Below are positions 26,270 to 37,750 of a stretch of DNA of 64,000 nt, piece after piece. Below the pieces are notes generated by a model. It was not told where the DNA came from and made no database searches. It saw only the letters and a program-made list of their open reading frames with translations. The translations under genes and the position numbers were made by a program. Every line of letters begins with the position of its first letter. The first letter of the stretch is position 1. Origin of the DNA: Lingula anatina (lineage: Eukaryota; Animalia; Brachiopoda); NCBI GenBank assembly GCA_051362555.1, contig CM120640.1, positions 52,244,788-52,308,787 of the forward strand. Reading direction: 5' to 3'.

Positions 26270-27010
26270 CATTGGACAGAACATATTTGGTTTCTTTGGT
26301 ACCAGTTGCATAGAAAAATCACTGAATATACATTTTGCACAACTAATACAACTGAAAATATTTAAATGACAGTATGTAATATGCATTTCCCACAATCTGC
26401 TCAACATTCTACATGGAAATAGAAAATAAAAACAGTCAAAAAAACTGACCGACTGTGATTTTCTCAATGATAATGCAAAGAAAATCACATTTTACAAAAA
26501 TATATGTTTGATCCAAGTCTGCTGACTGGAATATAAGAATAATACACAGTTTCTTTGGCCTCTGTTGCATAGAAAACAGTACAAACCACTGCATACAAAA
26601 TGTTTTTCACACAATCATTTCACCTTTGGTAAAACAAAGAAAAAAATCTTGTGGGAATTGATTGCTTGTAATACAACTTGTAATACAAAATACTGACAAT
26701 GTAAAGAGGTTCATGTTTCATAAAATACATGGTTTGAGGAAAATCTACCTACAGAAATATAAAAAATAATACATATATACAGTTTCTTTGGCCTCTGATG
26801 CATGGAATTAAATACAAACTGCTGCATACAAAATGCTTTTCACACAATCTCTTGAATGCAACTAGTCATACAAAATACTGATTTCAATGTAAAGAAATTC
26901 ATTTTCCTTACATACATGGTTTGAGCACTCTACTGACTGAAATATAAAAAATAATACATATTAACAGTTTCTTTGGCACCTTGCATACAAAAATACAAAT
27001 CACTGCGAGT
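26270..27010. repeat. Degenerate ~190-260-bp tandem repeats in the 3' non-coding part of element A
   Basis: The motif acagtttctttggcctctg.tgcat...gcatacaaaatg recurs near 26547, 26779 and 26964, with a weaker copy near 26290. Confidence 0.7.
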
Positions 27011-27134
27011 GAAGTCCAGTTAAAAAAAAAAAAGAAAAGTCATTAGCAGTATTTGGAGATTTCACAGACTCATGGCATGCATTGGGCACAAAAAAGTCTT
27101 AGTTCTATCTTCATGTAACATTATAATTTGGGCA

Positions 27135-30100
27135 CTAGAGCTGTGCCAATCTTTGGTCTACAAAAGACTTAAAATCCTCATAATCTTTAAAAACTTCCTT
27201 TTCAAATCCTGCTGTCGTTGACATTTTTGTTGTCGGACAAAAAGTAAAAATTTTTTGTTTGCTTTTGCTTGTTTTTTCCTTTGATGGTGTGTATCTCCTC
27301 CTTTTTCCACCACATTTGGGTACTTTACACAGTGCACATGGTTTCGATGATTTGTTTGGCATGGTAATTTTTGCTGGCAGTGGTGGTAGTGGTGCCTTGA
27401 TTACGGGAGGACCTCCAGGCTGACAAATCACAGACGGGCCCTTTGGCTGAGAGGGGAGCACTATAAGAACAGGGGCATTTACAGGTTTTGGCTTAATGTC
27501 TTCCTTCTTAACTTTGCTTGATGCAGAAGCAACATCACCCTCAGTCTGCGGAGAAATGTCATTAAAATCTAACTTCCTCTTTTGCCCAGGCCTGATGCCT
27601 TTGATGAATGGTACTACAGGGTACTGCACCTGTGGCCGTCTAGGTGGTAAGAGCACCGATGGCAAGGTGTCAGCCTCTGGAATTGCTGCTTCAGATAACA
27701 CTCGCTGATGGGTCTTGACCTTCGGCAAGGAAGTGGCGACATAGTTTGCTTTCTTCTCCTCTTTGGTCAGAAATGCACTGATGGATTTAGCATTTATATT
27801 CGGTAGAGGCAAGTTCAGACTGCACAGCATGGGGTCGTCCCTCACTCGATCTACTATGCGTTTGTAGTGTGCCTTGATGAGTGAAGACAATCTGGACGGA
27901 GAACTGGTGTAACACGTTGGTGGCTTGTTTTTCAGGATTTTTATGAGCAAGTACAAAAGCCTGGACTCCTCTGTGATTTGTGCCGCTTGTGCGTATCTCA
28001 TCCAGCCAAATTTTGTTTTTTGAGCTGCACTGGACTGTGGAGAATCTGGACCAAGGCATCGACCAAAGAGGGTGTAACCCCACTTAGATTCGTATTTCTT
28101 GACAAAATTGGTTGTCGACTTATCATGATCCTGTAGGTTTGAAGCAGCGGTTATGATCTTGTTTCTAAGTGTCGGTGGCACAAGGTGCTTCCCATCTTCA
28201 GCAGCCAATTCCACTAGCTGCAAGGCCAGGTGTTCCACCTCTTCATAACCAGGCAGGTGTAAATGGCTGGGACCCATGAGCACATCTTCCAGCACTGGGT
28301 TTGACAGCTCTGTGACTTGCTCTGAGGTGGTGAAAATAGAGTATTTGACGTTTACTTCATCCAAAGGATCATTGGATTGCTCCTCCTCATCTTCTACGAT
28401 GCCCTCATCTTCCTCATCATCTGTCTGAGCTCCTTCCTCATCACCATCCTCCCTTGACTGCTCTTCCTCAACTGTAAAGAAAAAATACAAGATATACTAA
28501 GACAGATTAAGACAATAAATTACAAACTAAAGACAAGAAATTTGTTCTGTAAAAAAGTGAAAAAAAAAAAAAAGAATATTACAGTACAAAGATTTTCTTT
28601 TTTAAAGTTCATTGCTTATTATGATTTACATTGAACAATGAAAATTAATTTGCTGCAACCATTAACAATTCATTCTATAGACTAATTAAATCATTACAAT
28701 TCATGTGAAAATCTTACCCTTCTCCACATAGTATGATGCAGACTTGAAGTCAGTGGACTGAGCATACGCATACTCGATACCAAGCAACTCTTCTTCTTCC
28801 TCATTATTGTAGACCTCTGGGAATGGCATTGGTGCAGTGAAGTTAGGTTCAAAGAGGTGTTCCCTGCCAAACAAAACCTCTGACTGTTGGTTTAAGAGCT
28901 GCACTTGCCTGGGATCAGTGCACGATGACTTCCGCCCCTGACCACCTGCGACACGCAAGGACTCCATCCTGTGGTTCCACTGGGCAGCAAAACTGATCAG
29001 GTACACCTGGTGAAAAAAATTTTTAAAAATTGATTCAAGGATCAACAATTTCGTGATATTCGGTGAACTTGATTTTATAATTATGGATTCTTAATATTTA
29101 TCAGAAAAAAAAACCTTTAAAATACAGGTAAGTATTCACTGACAATTACAAAAAAATCAATCAATCAATCAATAATTTAAAAAATAAATATATTTTTTAC
29201 CTGAAATGGCATGATGCCACACCTTTTGGAGGGGATAGCATTCACAAGGTGGGAATGTAGACCTTCAAGGGCATTACTTCCTCTACGACAACGGTACTTC
29301 TGCACATCTACACCATTGATTGACACCGTCTTAGTGGTTACATACAGCGGTATGCCAGGAGGATCCTAGAATATACAAATTGTGATAATAAAGAATAAGT
29401 TAAATGGAATTTGTTTTCCCCTTCTATTGGGTAATGAACGCATTCTGCAAAAGGAAACTATAAAGTTGTAAAAAGACTAGATAAAGTAAGACGTACCTGC
29501 AAACAGTTAATGTGCTGACTAGATCTTGCCCAGTGGATATCCACGGCTTCATGAGACTTGAAAAGGGGTATGCCATCTACGTCGAGTCCAGCTGGTCCTT
29601 TAAACTCGTCTATGATGGCTTCTACTGCACACACTGTTGCCTGCAAGTGGAATAACATTTTTATATAATTTTTTTGTTCAGCAAATAAGTTTTAATTTTC
29701 ATGAAAGGTATGCTTATTTTGAAGAAAAATGTTATGTAAATTATTGGTTTGTATGTCATGAAAAAGGCTGAAGTGAAACATACCTCTACACCACGTGTCA
29801 CTCGCCGTACATAAGACTTGAACTGGTGAGGCTTGACAAAGGCAATCATCTCAGTGTCAGAGTATTTTGAGTACATCTGCTCATTGCCTGCCCGCACTGC
29901 CTTGACCAAATGTAGCAGGTCAGCCTTGTTGAATGCCAATACTGCTCCTGCAAGGGCGCTCATGAACACACCATACTTCGCATGACTCTGCTTTATCACG
30001 ACACTGTCCCATCTGTGGAGCCAGTGTCGGATATCCAGTCTGACAACCATGCCCTCCTCAACCCAGTCTGAGAACAATGTCTCATAAAAGGATTCTCCAC

Positions 30101-32669
30101 CATCCCTAATATTCAAATAAGACAAAATATATAAATAAATAAAACAAATCATTCTCATTAAAAAAAACTTACCATAGAATAATTTTTCTAAATGGATTAA
30201 AACCACTTAAAAATTAATGGGATAAAGGACATTTTTTCTAAATAAATGGTCTTCCATTCCTATCATATTAATGATATTTGCATTGAAATAAACACGAACA
30301 ATGATGCTTAACTAGTAACATACCTGCAACAATTATTGTCTGTGTACAGAACTCGTGGGGCTGGAGCATCAGCACGCTTAAAACGCTCAATTAGTCCTCG
30401 AGCCATCCTCCTGTAACACTCCTCGGACTCGGAGGCTACAACAACTGTGGTGAGGAACTGGCCCCATTCATTTAATATGCTGGTCACATACTGCAGTGAT
30501 CCACGTCCATCACCATACACTTTCTTGAGTATCTAGGAGGTTAAAAACAAGAGACATGTTAAGTAAATGAGTATAAATTTCACTGAAATAAATTTTCTGG
30601 AATAAAAAAAAGGAAACTTTTTCTCTTAAAACCACACTAACCTGTTTAGTGCCATCAATACAAAGGATTTCTCCTGTGGTGCTGAGTATGGAGGCCCTGT
30701 ATTCTGGAATTTTTTCCATTTCCATCACCAAGTGGGCACGTCGCAGGACACGAGATGAAGGAAGTGGAGTCTGAGCCATTGGTGGTATGTAGCTCCCGGC
30801 TTTCTTAGTGTACGACAGGATGCTGCTTCTGTCCATATGACCTTGATACAGCAGAGTCTGGTACATCCCTCTTCTCTCCATGTACCACTGGTCATGTTGG
30901 CGCTGTACCAGTCTGTGCACCTTGGTCATTGACACAGCATTCAGCCTGTCAGACAAAATCACAGCTATGTCCTTATCTATAGCCCTTTTTCCACAGATGA
31001 CAGCTGGAAAGAGACTGCGGACTGCCGGTGACAATTTCATCATAATCCGAGGGCTGTAACTGTGAAAAGAATACTGGGTTTCCTCATTTTCTCCCCTCTG
31101 CTGACGTGCATTTTTGCATGGGTAGCAAACCAGCCTTTCCGTCAAAAGGGTATAAAAACTCCGCATTCCACACACCTGCCTGGCAGTTGACCCAAAGCCA
31201 TGCTTGGACAAGAAACTTCCAGGTGGAGCAGGACAGTCCTTATTTGGGCATGGTATCTTGGCCTCCATGACCCCTACTGGTCTCCAGAATATCACAGGCG
31301 ATGTGAAGAAGGCATACATTGAGGGCAGTGATGCCTTAATAGAAATTGGCATTGGTGGTGGGTAAAAGTTGATCTTTTTCTTAAGAACCCTCTTATACAC
31401 AACTTCCCCACTGGCACTTCTGTATGGTATTGGTGCAGTAAAAAGTCCATACTCATCATTTTCCTTGAGCCACTTGATGTTAGGGTCTGGGCTTCCCTCC
31501 CACGACCTCTGCCACCCTTCCAATGCAGGGGCCTCTGGATCAGGGGTGAACTCCGCAGTGATCTCCAGCTCCTTTACAGAGGTCAGGTGGGTAGATACCT
31601 GGCTCTGCTGTAATGCTTCCTCTAAAAGTAACAAATATATAACATCGAGTCCCTGTCTAATGGGATATGTGCTGGATATGGGATACCTGGTGTATTATGC
31701 ATTACAGTCAGGGTATAATAAAGTCAAACTGTAAAGATAATGTTACAATTTCAAGTTGCATTCTTACATTATTTAACTCTGTGTGTTATGTGAAGACAGC
31801 CTTATACATCTGCAAAGGTTAATCATTTTACCTGCTTGTGTCAACAGAATGGAATCCTCAACATATCCAGGATCTTCCTCCATCTCTTTTGCCAACATCA
31901 GTGATCTTTCTGCTCCCTCAATATCTTTAGCTTTCTGTAATTAAATTTACTGTGTGCTAAGTATAGGCACTAACAACATGAATAATCTGAGATTAAAACA
32001 ATAAATAAAGACATCATTTGTAAGGAAAAGACTTTTATAGCAGCATTAGTCATAAATGGGAACAGGGGTATATTTACATTGAAATAAGTGGAAAAAAGCA
32101 TAAAAAACATATGATACCTGTAACTTTCTCTCCAGGTGAATGTTCACAGCAGGAAATTCTTTCACCAAGTCCAGCAGCTGCTGCTTCTGCCATTTGATCT
32201 GCATATTGGACTCTCCCTTCAGACAGTATTCAGCCAACAGCCAGACCACCCATCCAACATCATTTTCAAGGAGCCACTTGTAAGACTTGCCCTGGAATTT
32301 CCCAAATGTCATGACTAGCATAAGCCGCCACTGGTCATTGCCTAGCTGGCGGGCTTTTGCTTCTGCACTGGCTGGGTCTAACCACAACTGGTCTAAAGCA
32401 GACTCTGGGCGGAATGCTTTAGCTTCTGGGGTGGATTGTAGCATAGCTTCTCCTGGCTTGTACATACGAATGGAGGGGTAGAGGTGCTGCCGTGCGTGGC
32501 TCTCGAGGTGCCCCTTCTGATTAAATGTCTTGGAACAGTGTGGACAACTGTAAGCTTTAGCCCTCTCCTCATTGTGTATTAGCTGCATGTGTCTATTTAG
32601 ATTAGCTTTGAATCTAAAATACTTAAGGCATACACCGCACTGGAACTGTGTTTTACTGCTAGGTTCCAT
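27135..32669 (-). CDS. Dada-type DDE transposase with two N-terminal C2H2 zinc fingers, ~1366 aa, 9 coding exons: 32669-32118, 31934-31832, 31621-30642, 30532-30324, 30105-29784, 29640-29497, 29365-29201, 29006-28718, 28471-27135
   Basis: All introns are GT..AG and the exons total 4101 nt in one open frame. Motifs in order: CGVC..HMQLIH and CPHC..HARQH zinc fingers; FGKFQGKSYKWLLENDVG; ILCIDGTKQ (D1); NEWGQ; VLYTDNNCC (D2); VRLDIRHW (DxxH); CLQDPPG..YRCRRGSNALEGLH (E); C-terminal CALCKVPKC..FC. These recall Dada transposases (related to MuDR/hAT/Kolobok DDE enzymes). Confidence 0.88.
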
Positions 32670-33240
32670 ATTTACTGAAAACATAAAAAAAAGTCTACTA
32701 AATACCCAAAATACTGCTGTAATGTTAATTAGTTGCATATATATGTATATATACACATATATAAGCACAAGTCATCGGGAAAATATTTTAATAAAGTTTT
32801 TAAACAGAACACTGTGGCATACTACCCCCCCCCCCCCCCCACCCCGGCGATTAAAGATAAAGGTATTAACAGGTCACTATGAGCTTTATTTGAATGAATT
32901 AAAGTTTAAATACCAAACAGTACATGTTGCGAAATGTATACACTGGCCAAGTGCCGGTACATGCAAAACGCCATACTAATTCAGTTTTGCGGATCAATAC
33001 TAAGTAAACACAAAAAGTACAGCTGCCGGTATTTTCAAAACGGCAACAAATATGTGGTCATATCTTACCTTGAATAAATCCTTACTGCACCCGGAATTGA
33101 AAATATGCACTATGGCCTAAATGGCATCAGCATCGAATGAGAGAGATTCGACAGAGATTTCGAAGCGGAGAAACATGAGGCACCGCCATCTTGCCTTCTT
33201 CTTCACGATCTTTGTTAATTAGAGATTGTTTTACTCTAAG

Positions 33241-33327
33241 CCAATCGTTGAGCCCTGTTGAGGACGAGGACTGCTCAACAGACCAATCAGACGAGGGGCA
33301 GGCTGCTCAACAAAGCTCAATGATTGG
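33241..33327. promoter_or_regulatory. Subterminal inverted repeat with CCAAT boxes upstream of the transposase gene (element A)
   Basis: CCAATCGTTGAGCCCTGTTGAG (33241-33262) versus CTCAACAAAGCTCAATGATTGG (33306-33327). An extra CTCAACA/CCAATC lies between them. A likely non-coding first exon ends at the splice donor at 33068. Confidence 0.6.
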
Positions 33328-33649
33328 TTGGTCGAGCCTAAGTGTTACTACTTGGCTGGGTGAGCGCCTGGGAATACCTGGTGCCGTAGACACGTTTTTG
33401 ACATTTTATTCGTAGCCGATTTCAGTTTCTTTCACTTACCACTTTTTTTTCTTTAAGTTTTCAATTTTTTCCAAATCACAGTTGCGCCGTTGTCTTCGTC
33501 TATCAGTGCGTCGGGCCACGTCTGGACTAGGATGGAAGACCGCCTGGCCACCTTTACTTGTCCTTTTTAGCGTGGCATCAAACAGATGTGTCGATTCCGT
33601 TTCATTTCCTTTCCGTCGATCAAAAACAGTGCTAGCGCGGACAGTCATC

Positions 33650-33768
33650 GTCTACGACCATACCACGTTGAAAGCACCGGTTCTCGTCCGATCACCGAAG
33701 TTAAGCAACGTCGGGCCAGGTTAGTACTTGGATGGGTGACCGCCTGGGAATACCTGGTGCCGTAGACA
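33650..33768 (+). rRNA. 5S rRNA gene (intact, between the two transposons)
   Basis: Identical to the array consensus. Confidence 0.97.
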
Positions 33769-34025
33769 CGTTTTTGACATTTTATTCGTAGCCGATTTCA
33801 GTTTCTTTCACTTACCACTTTTTTTTCTTTAAGTTTTCAGTTTTTTCCAAATCACAGTTGCGCCGTTGTCTTCGTCTATCAGTGCGTCGGGCCACGTCTG
33901 GACTAGGATGGAAGACCGCCTGGCCACCTTTACTTGTCCTTTTTAGCGTGGCATCAAACAGATGTGTCGATTCCGTTTCATTTCCTTTCCGTCGATCAAA
34001 AACAGTGCTAGCGCGGACAGTCATC

Positions 34026-34144
34026 GTCTACGACCATACCACGTTGAAAGCACCGGTTCTCGTCCGATCACCGAAGTTAAGCAACGTCGGGCCAGTTTAG
34101 TACTTGGATGGGTGACCGCCTGGGAATACCTGGTGCCGTAGACA
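34026..34144 (+). rRNA. 5S rRNA gene (single G>T variant in GCCAGGTTAG)
   Basis: Array consensus except gccagtttag. Confidence 0.95.
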
Positions 34145-34402
34145 CGTTTTTGACATTTTATTCGTAGCCGATTTCAGTTTCTTTCACTTACCACTTTTTT
34201 TTCTTTAAGTTTTCAATTTTTTTCCAAATCACAGTTGCGCCGTTGTCTTCGTCTATCAGTGCGTCGGGCCACGTCTGGACTAGGATGGAAGACCGCCTGG
34301 CCACCTTTACTTGTCCTTTTTAGCGTGGCATCAAACAGATGTGTCGATTCCGTTTCATTTCCTTTCCGTCGATCAAAAACAGTGCTAGCGCGGACAGTCA
34401 TC

Positions 34403-34504
34403 GTCTACGACCATACCACGTTGAAAGCACCGGTTCTCGTCCGATCACCGAAGTTAAGCAACGTCGGGCCAGGTTAGTACTTGGATGGGTGACCGCCTGG
34501 GAAT
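34403..34504 (+). rRNA. 5S rRNA gene interrupted after nt 102 by transposon 2
   Basis: Perfect 5S to ...CCGCCTGGGAAT, then GGGCAATGACCC. A degenerate 3' remainder (ACCTGGCACCGTAGACATGTTTTT) resumes at 41727. Confidence 0.95.
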
Positions 34505-34949
34505 GGGCAATGACCCCTCCAAGTACTTATCCTGGTTTCTGATCACCCCCCTTGGGGCGCTGCTGAACGTAATTACACCCCAAGACGAGACAAGTATTTA
34601 AGAACTGTCATGTAATCACTTTCCGTTTCATTTTGTAAATGAAAGGCTTGATTTTTACTAATATTCTAAGTACTGAATGATGTATAATAATATATTTAAA
34701 GAATTCTCACCAACAACATAAGAAACACATGTAATATTGAGAAAGTTTATTAGAAAAAAAAAGTATTCCATTTCAAACTTTATTAAAAATATATTTGTAA
34801 GTCAGTTTAACCGCATGATTTTGCAGTTGCTGAATTCTCACATATCATCAAAATACCCATTTTAAACTTAAAAACAGTTTACATTTAATACAAAAATACT
34901 ACTTGTAGAAAATTATAGTTAATAATTTTCATTTACCACAACTTTTTCT

Positions 34950-35400
34950 AAGAAATTGAGCAATGAACATGTAACTTTGTATGAAAACTTTGCCAATCAG
35001 CAGCATGAAATTGAGCCATTGTTGCATTTCTACATTCTACAATCAAAACAAACATCTGTGAGTTAGAACAGTGTACATCTTACACAAAAACACTGTCTGT
35101 AGAAAGCACCTGTAAAACATGCACTTACTACTCTATTTCTCTATTAAAACGCTAGTCTAATAAAATTGATCAACGAACATGTAACATTACTTCATATGAA
35201 AACTTTGGCACTCATATCAGCATGAAATTGAGCAATTGTTGTATTTCTACATTTTACCAAGAAAGTAAAATCTACTGACTAAAAAACTACATCTTACACA
35301 AAAAATCTGCTCGTAGAAAATGCAAAACAGATAAACATGCGCTTGCAACTTTTATTCAATGAAAACACTATGTTAATGAAACTGAGCAATGAACGTGGGA
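34950..35400. repeat. Degenerate ~210-bp tandem repeats in the 3' non-coding part of element B
   Basis: gagcaatgaacatgtaac...atgaaaactttg...cagcatgaaattgagc recurs near 34958, 35168 and partly at 35384. Confidence 0.65.
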
Positions 35401-37695
35401 ATTCTTTTAATTAATACCCTCCTCATTTGAAAGATTAATAAGGAATGTGTCAACAACAGTTTTAAAATGATCATAATCATTATACACAACACCTTCAAAG
35501 CCTTCTGTCATTGATTTTCTTGTGGTGGGACAATATGTAAAGATCTTCTGCTTTCTCCTTTGAAGGCATGTACCTTTTCTTCATTCCACCACAGTTTGGA
35601 ATTTGGCACAAGCCACATGGCTTTGATGACTTCTTTGGAAGAATGGGTCTTGAGGGAATTGGTAGAGGTGGGGGCTGGAAGACCAAACCACCTGAGGAAG
35701 TCGCAGGCTGGAGAAGAGCTGCAGGACCCTGTGGCTGAGAGGGGACAACTAGGAGAACTGGAACATGTGCAGATTCTTGCGATTTAATAAGAACTGGTTT
35801 TGTCTTGCCGGTCAAGGAGCTGGTTGACTTGGAGCAGGTTGTAGCTGGCTGACTTTCATCAAATTGTAGCTTCCTCTTTTGACCTAATCTTATTCCCTTT
35901 GTGAGTGGTATCACAGGATACTGCACCTCTGGACGGTTGGGTGGTGAGAGGGATGTTGGAAGTTCAGCTGCCTTGGGCATTTTGCTTTCTTCAAGGACTC
36001 TCTGATGAGGCTTAACCTTTGGTATAGCAGTTGCCACTAAATTTGCCCTTTTCTCTTCTTTAACAAGAAATGATGATATTGATTTTGCATTGATATTTGG
36101 CAAAGGCAAGTTCAAGGTACACAGTACAGGATCGTCTCTTACTCTGTCCACAAGGCGTTTATAGTCTGCCTTCACACGGGTGACTAGTTTGGATGGAGAA
36201 GTGACATAACAGGTTGGTGGTCTGTTCTTTAGAAGCTTAATAAGTAGATATAACAATCTTGACTCCTCAGTGATGGCAGCAGCCTGTGCGTAGCGCATCC
36301 ATCCAAATTTGGTTTTTTGTGCAGCACTGTTTTCAGGAGAGTCTGGACTAAGGCAACGGCCAAACAAGGTGTAACCCCACTTGGACTCGTACATCTTCAC
36401 AAAGTTCTTGGAGGTCTTGTCATGGTCATGAAGTTTGGAAGCAGCCATGCGTATCTGTTCTCTGAGAGGCACGGGCACTAAATGCCTGTCATCAGTGGTC
36501 AACTTTGTCAGTAGATTGGCCAAATTCTCCACTTCCTCATAGCCTGGCAGGTGTAGGTGCCTAGGACCCATCAGCACATCCTCTAGTGCAGGACTGGAGA
36601 TTTCTCCTACTTGTTCAGATGTTGTGAAAACAGAGTACTTGGTATTGGCTTCATCCACTGGATCCTCCATGGAGTCTTCTTCAATCCCCCATCTTCTTGG
36701 TCAGATTGAGTCTCCTGCTCCTCCTCCTCTTCACCATCCTCCTTTGACTGCTCTTCATCCACTGTAAAACACGAAATACAATGACCATGAATCATTAAAT
36801 TGAAAGGGAAAACAAGTGCAATATTTTGCGTTCTAAACCTGTTAAGATATTCAGAAATCATCAAAATTACTTTGTTCCTCATAAAATTATGCATTTATTT
36901 TGATTTTCTTTTCTCTATCAAATAATAAAAGTTATATTTGAAATCTGAATACACATCTTACCCTTTTGAATATAATATTCTCTGGATGTAAAATCAGTAG
37001 ACTGGCAAAAAGCATACTCTACTCCTAAGAGTTCTCTTTCTTCAGGATCCTGATACTCTACTGGACATGGCAGTGGAGCAGTAAAATTAGGCTCAAATAG
37101 GTGACGCCTGCCAAACAAAACCTCAGACTGCTGATTCAGAAGCTGAATCTGTCTTGGATCTGAGCAGGATGACAAACGTCCCCGACCTCCAGCAACACGC
37201 AGAGACTCCATTCTGTTGTTCCATTGGACAGCAAAGGAGATGAGGTACACCTGCAGAGATATCTTTAAATTATTCACTATTTCATGTAATAAATTAGGCA
37301 ACCCTTTTGTATCAAATTTCTTAAAAAATTCTACCATGTTTGAGTTCACATCCACTCCTCAATAAATAAAAATTAAATCAAAATGTTTGTTGGTTGTTAA
37401 AAAGTAAATTGCAGTGTACAGGAATGATTGATGCATACACAGTGCTTACCTGGAATGGCATGATACCACATTTTTGAGAAGGAACAGCTCTAAATAGGTG
37501 GGCATGCAGACCTTCCAGAGAGTTGCTTCCCCTATGACACCTGTACTTTTGCAGGGCTACACCATTGATGGTGACCGTCTTAGTGGCTACGTATAATGCT
37601 ATACCAGGTGGGTCCTGAAATATATAAATTTTAATAATTAAGTGCAAAGATTACTGAATCTGATGAATCCAATATGGTGACTTGTTAGTTTGAGT

Positions 37696-37697
<2 letters not shown>

Positions 37698-37749
<52 letters not shown>
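37698..37749 (+). repeat. Poly-T tract (~50 nt) in an intron of element B
   Basis: Uninterrupted T run. Confidence 0.9.

Positions 37750-37750
<1 letters not shown>

Larger units (their letters stand above)
25772..33369 (-). mobile_element. Dada-superfamily DNA transposon inserted in the 5S rRNA gene (family A, 'Dada-5S-A'), ~7.6 kb, 6-bp TSD GGGAAT (25766-25771 / 33370-33375)
   Basis: Flanked by the two halves of one 5S gene, with duplicated target sequence and imperfect 5S-like terminal inverted motifs. The internal spliced gene carries Dada-type transposase motifs. Confidence 0.9.

Noticed and set aside
32046-32768. Host C2H2 zinc-finger gene (e.g. TFIIIA) next to 5S genes
   Set aside because: Only two fingers, spliced in frame to the transposase and lying inside the TSD-bounded element.
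25772-33369. Mutsu/R2-like site-specific non-LTR retrotransposon
   Set aside because: No reverse transcriptase or endonuclease motifs and no poly-A tail. The gene has spliceosomal introns and DDE/DxxH motifs.
25761-33375. 11-bp TSD (CGCCTGGGAAT), or ~32-bp duplication of the target
   Set aside because: The extended match has family-specific mismatches mirrored at the opposite end. End symmetry places the boundary at a 6-bp GGGAAT, so the rest is better read as element terminus. A 7-bp TSD cannot be strictly excluded.
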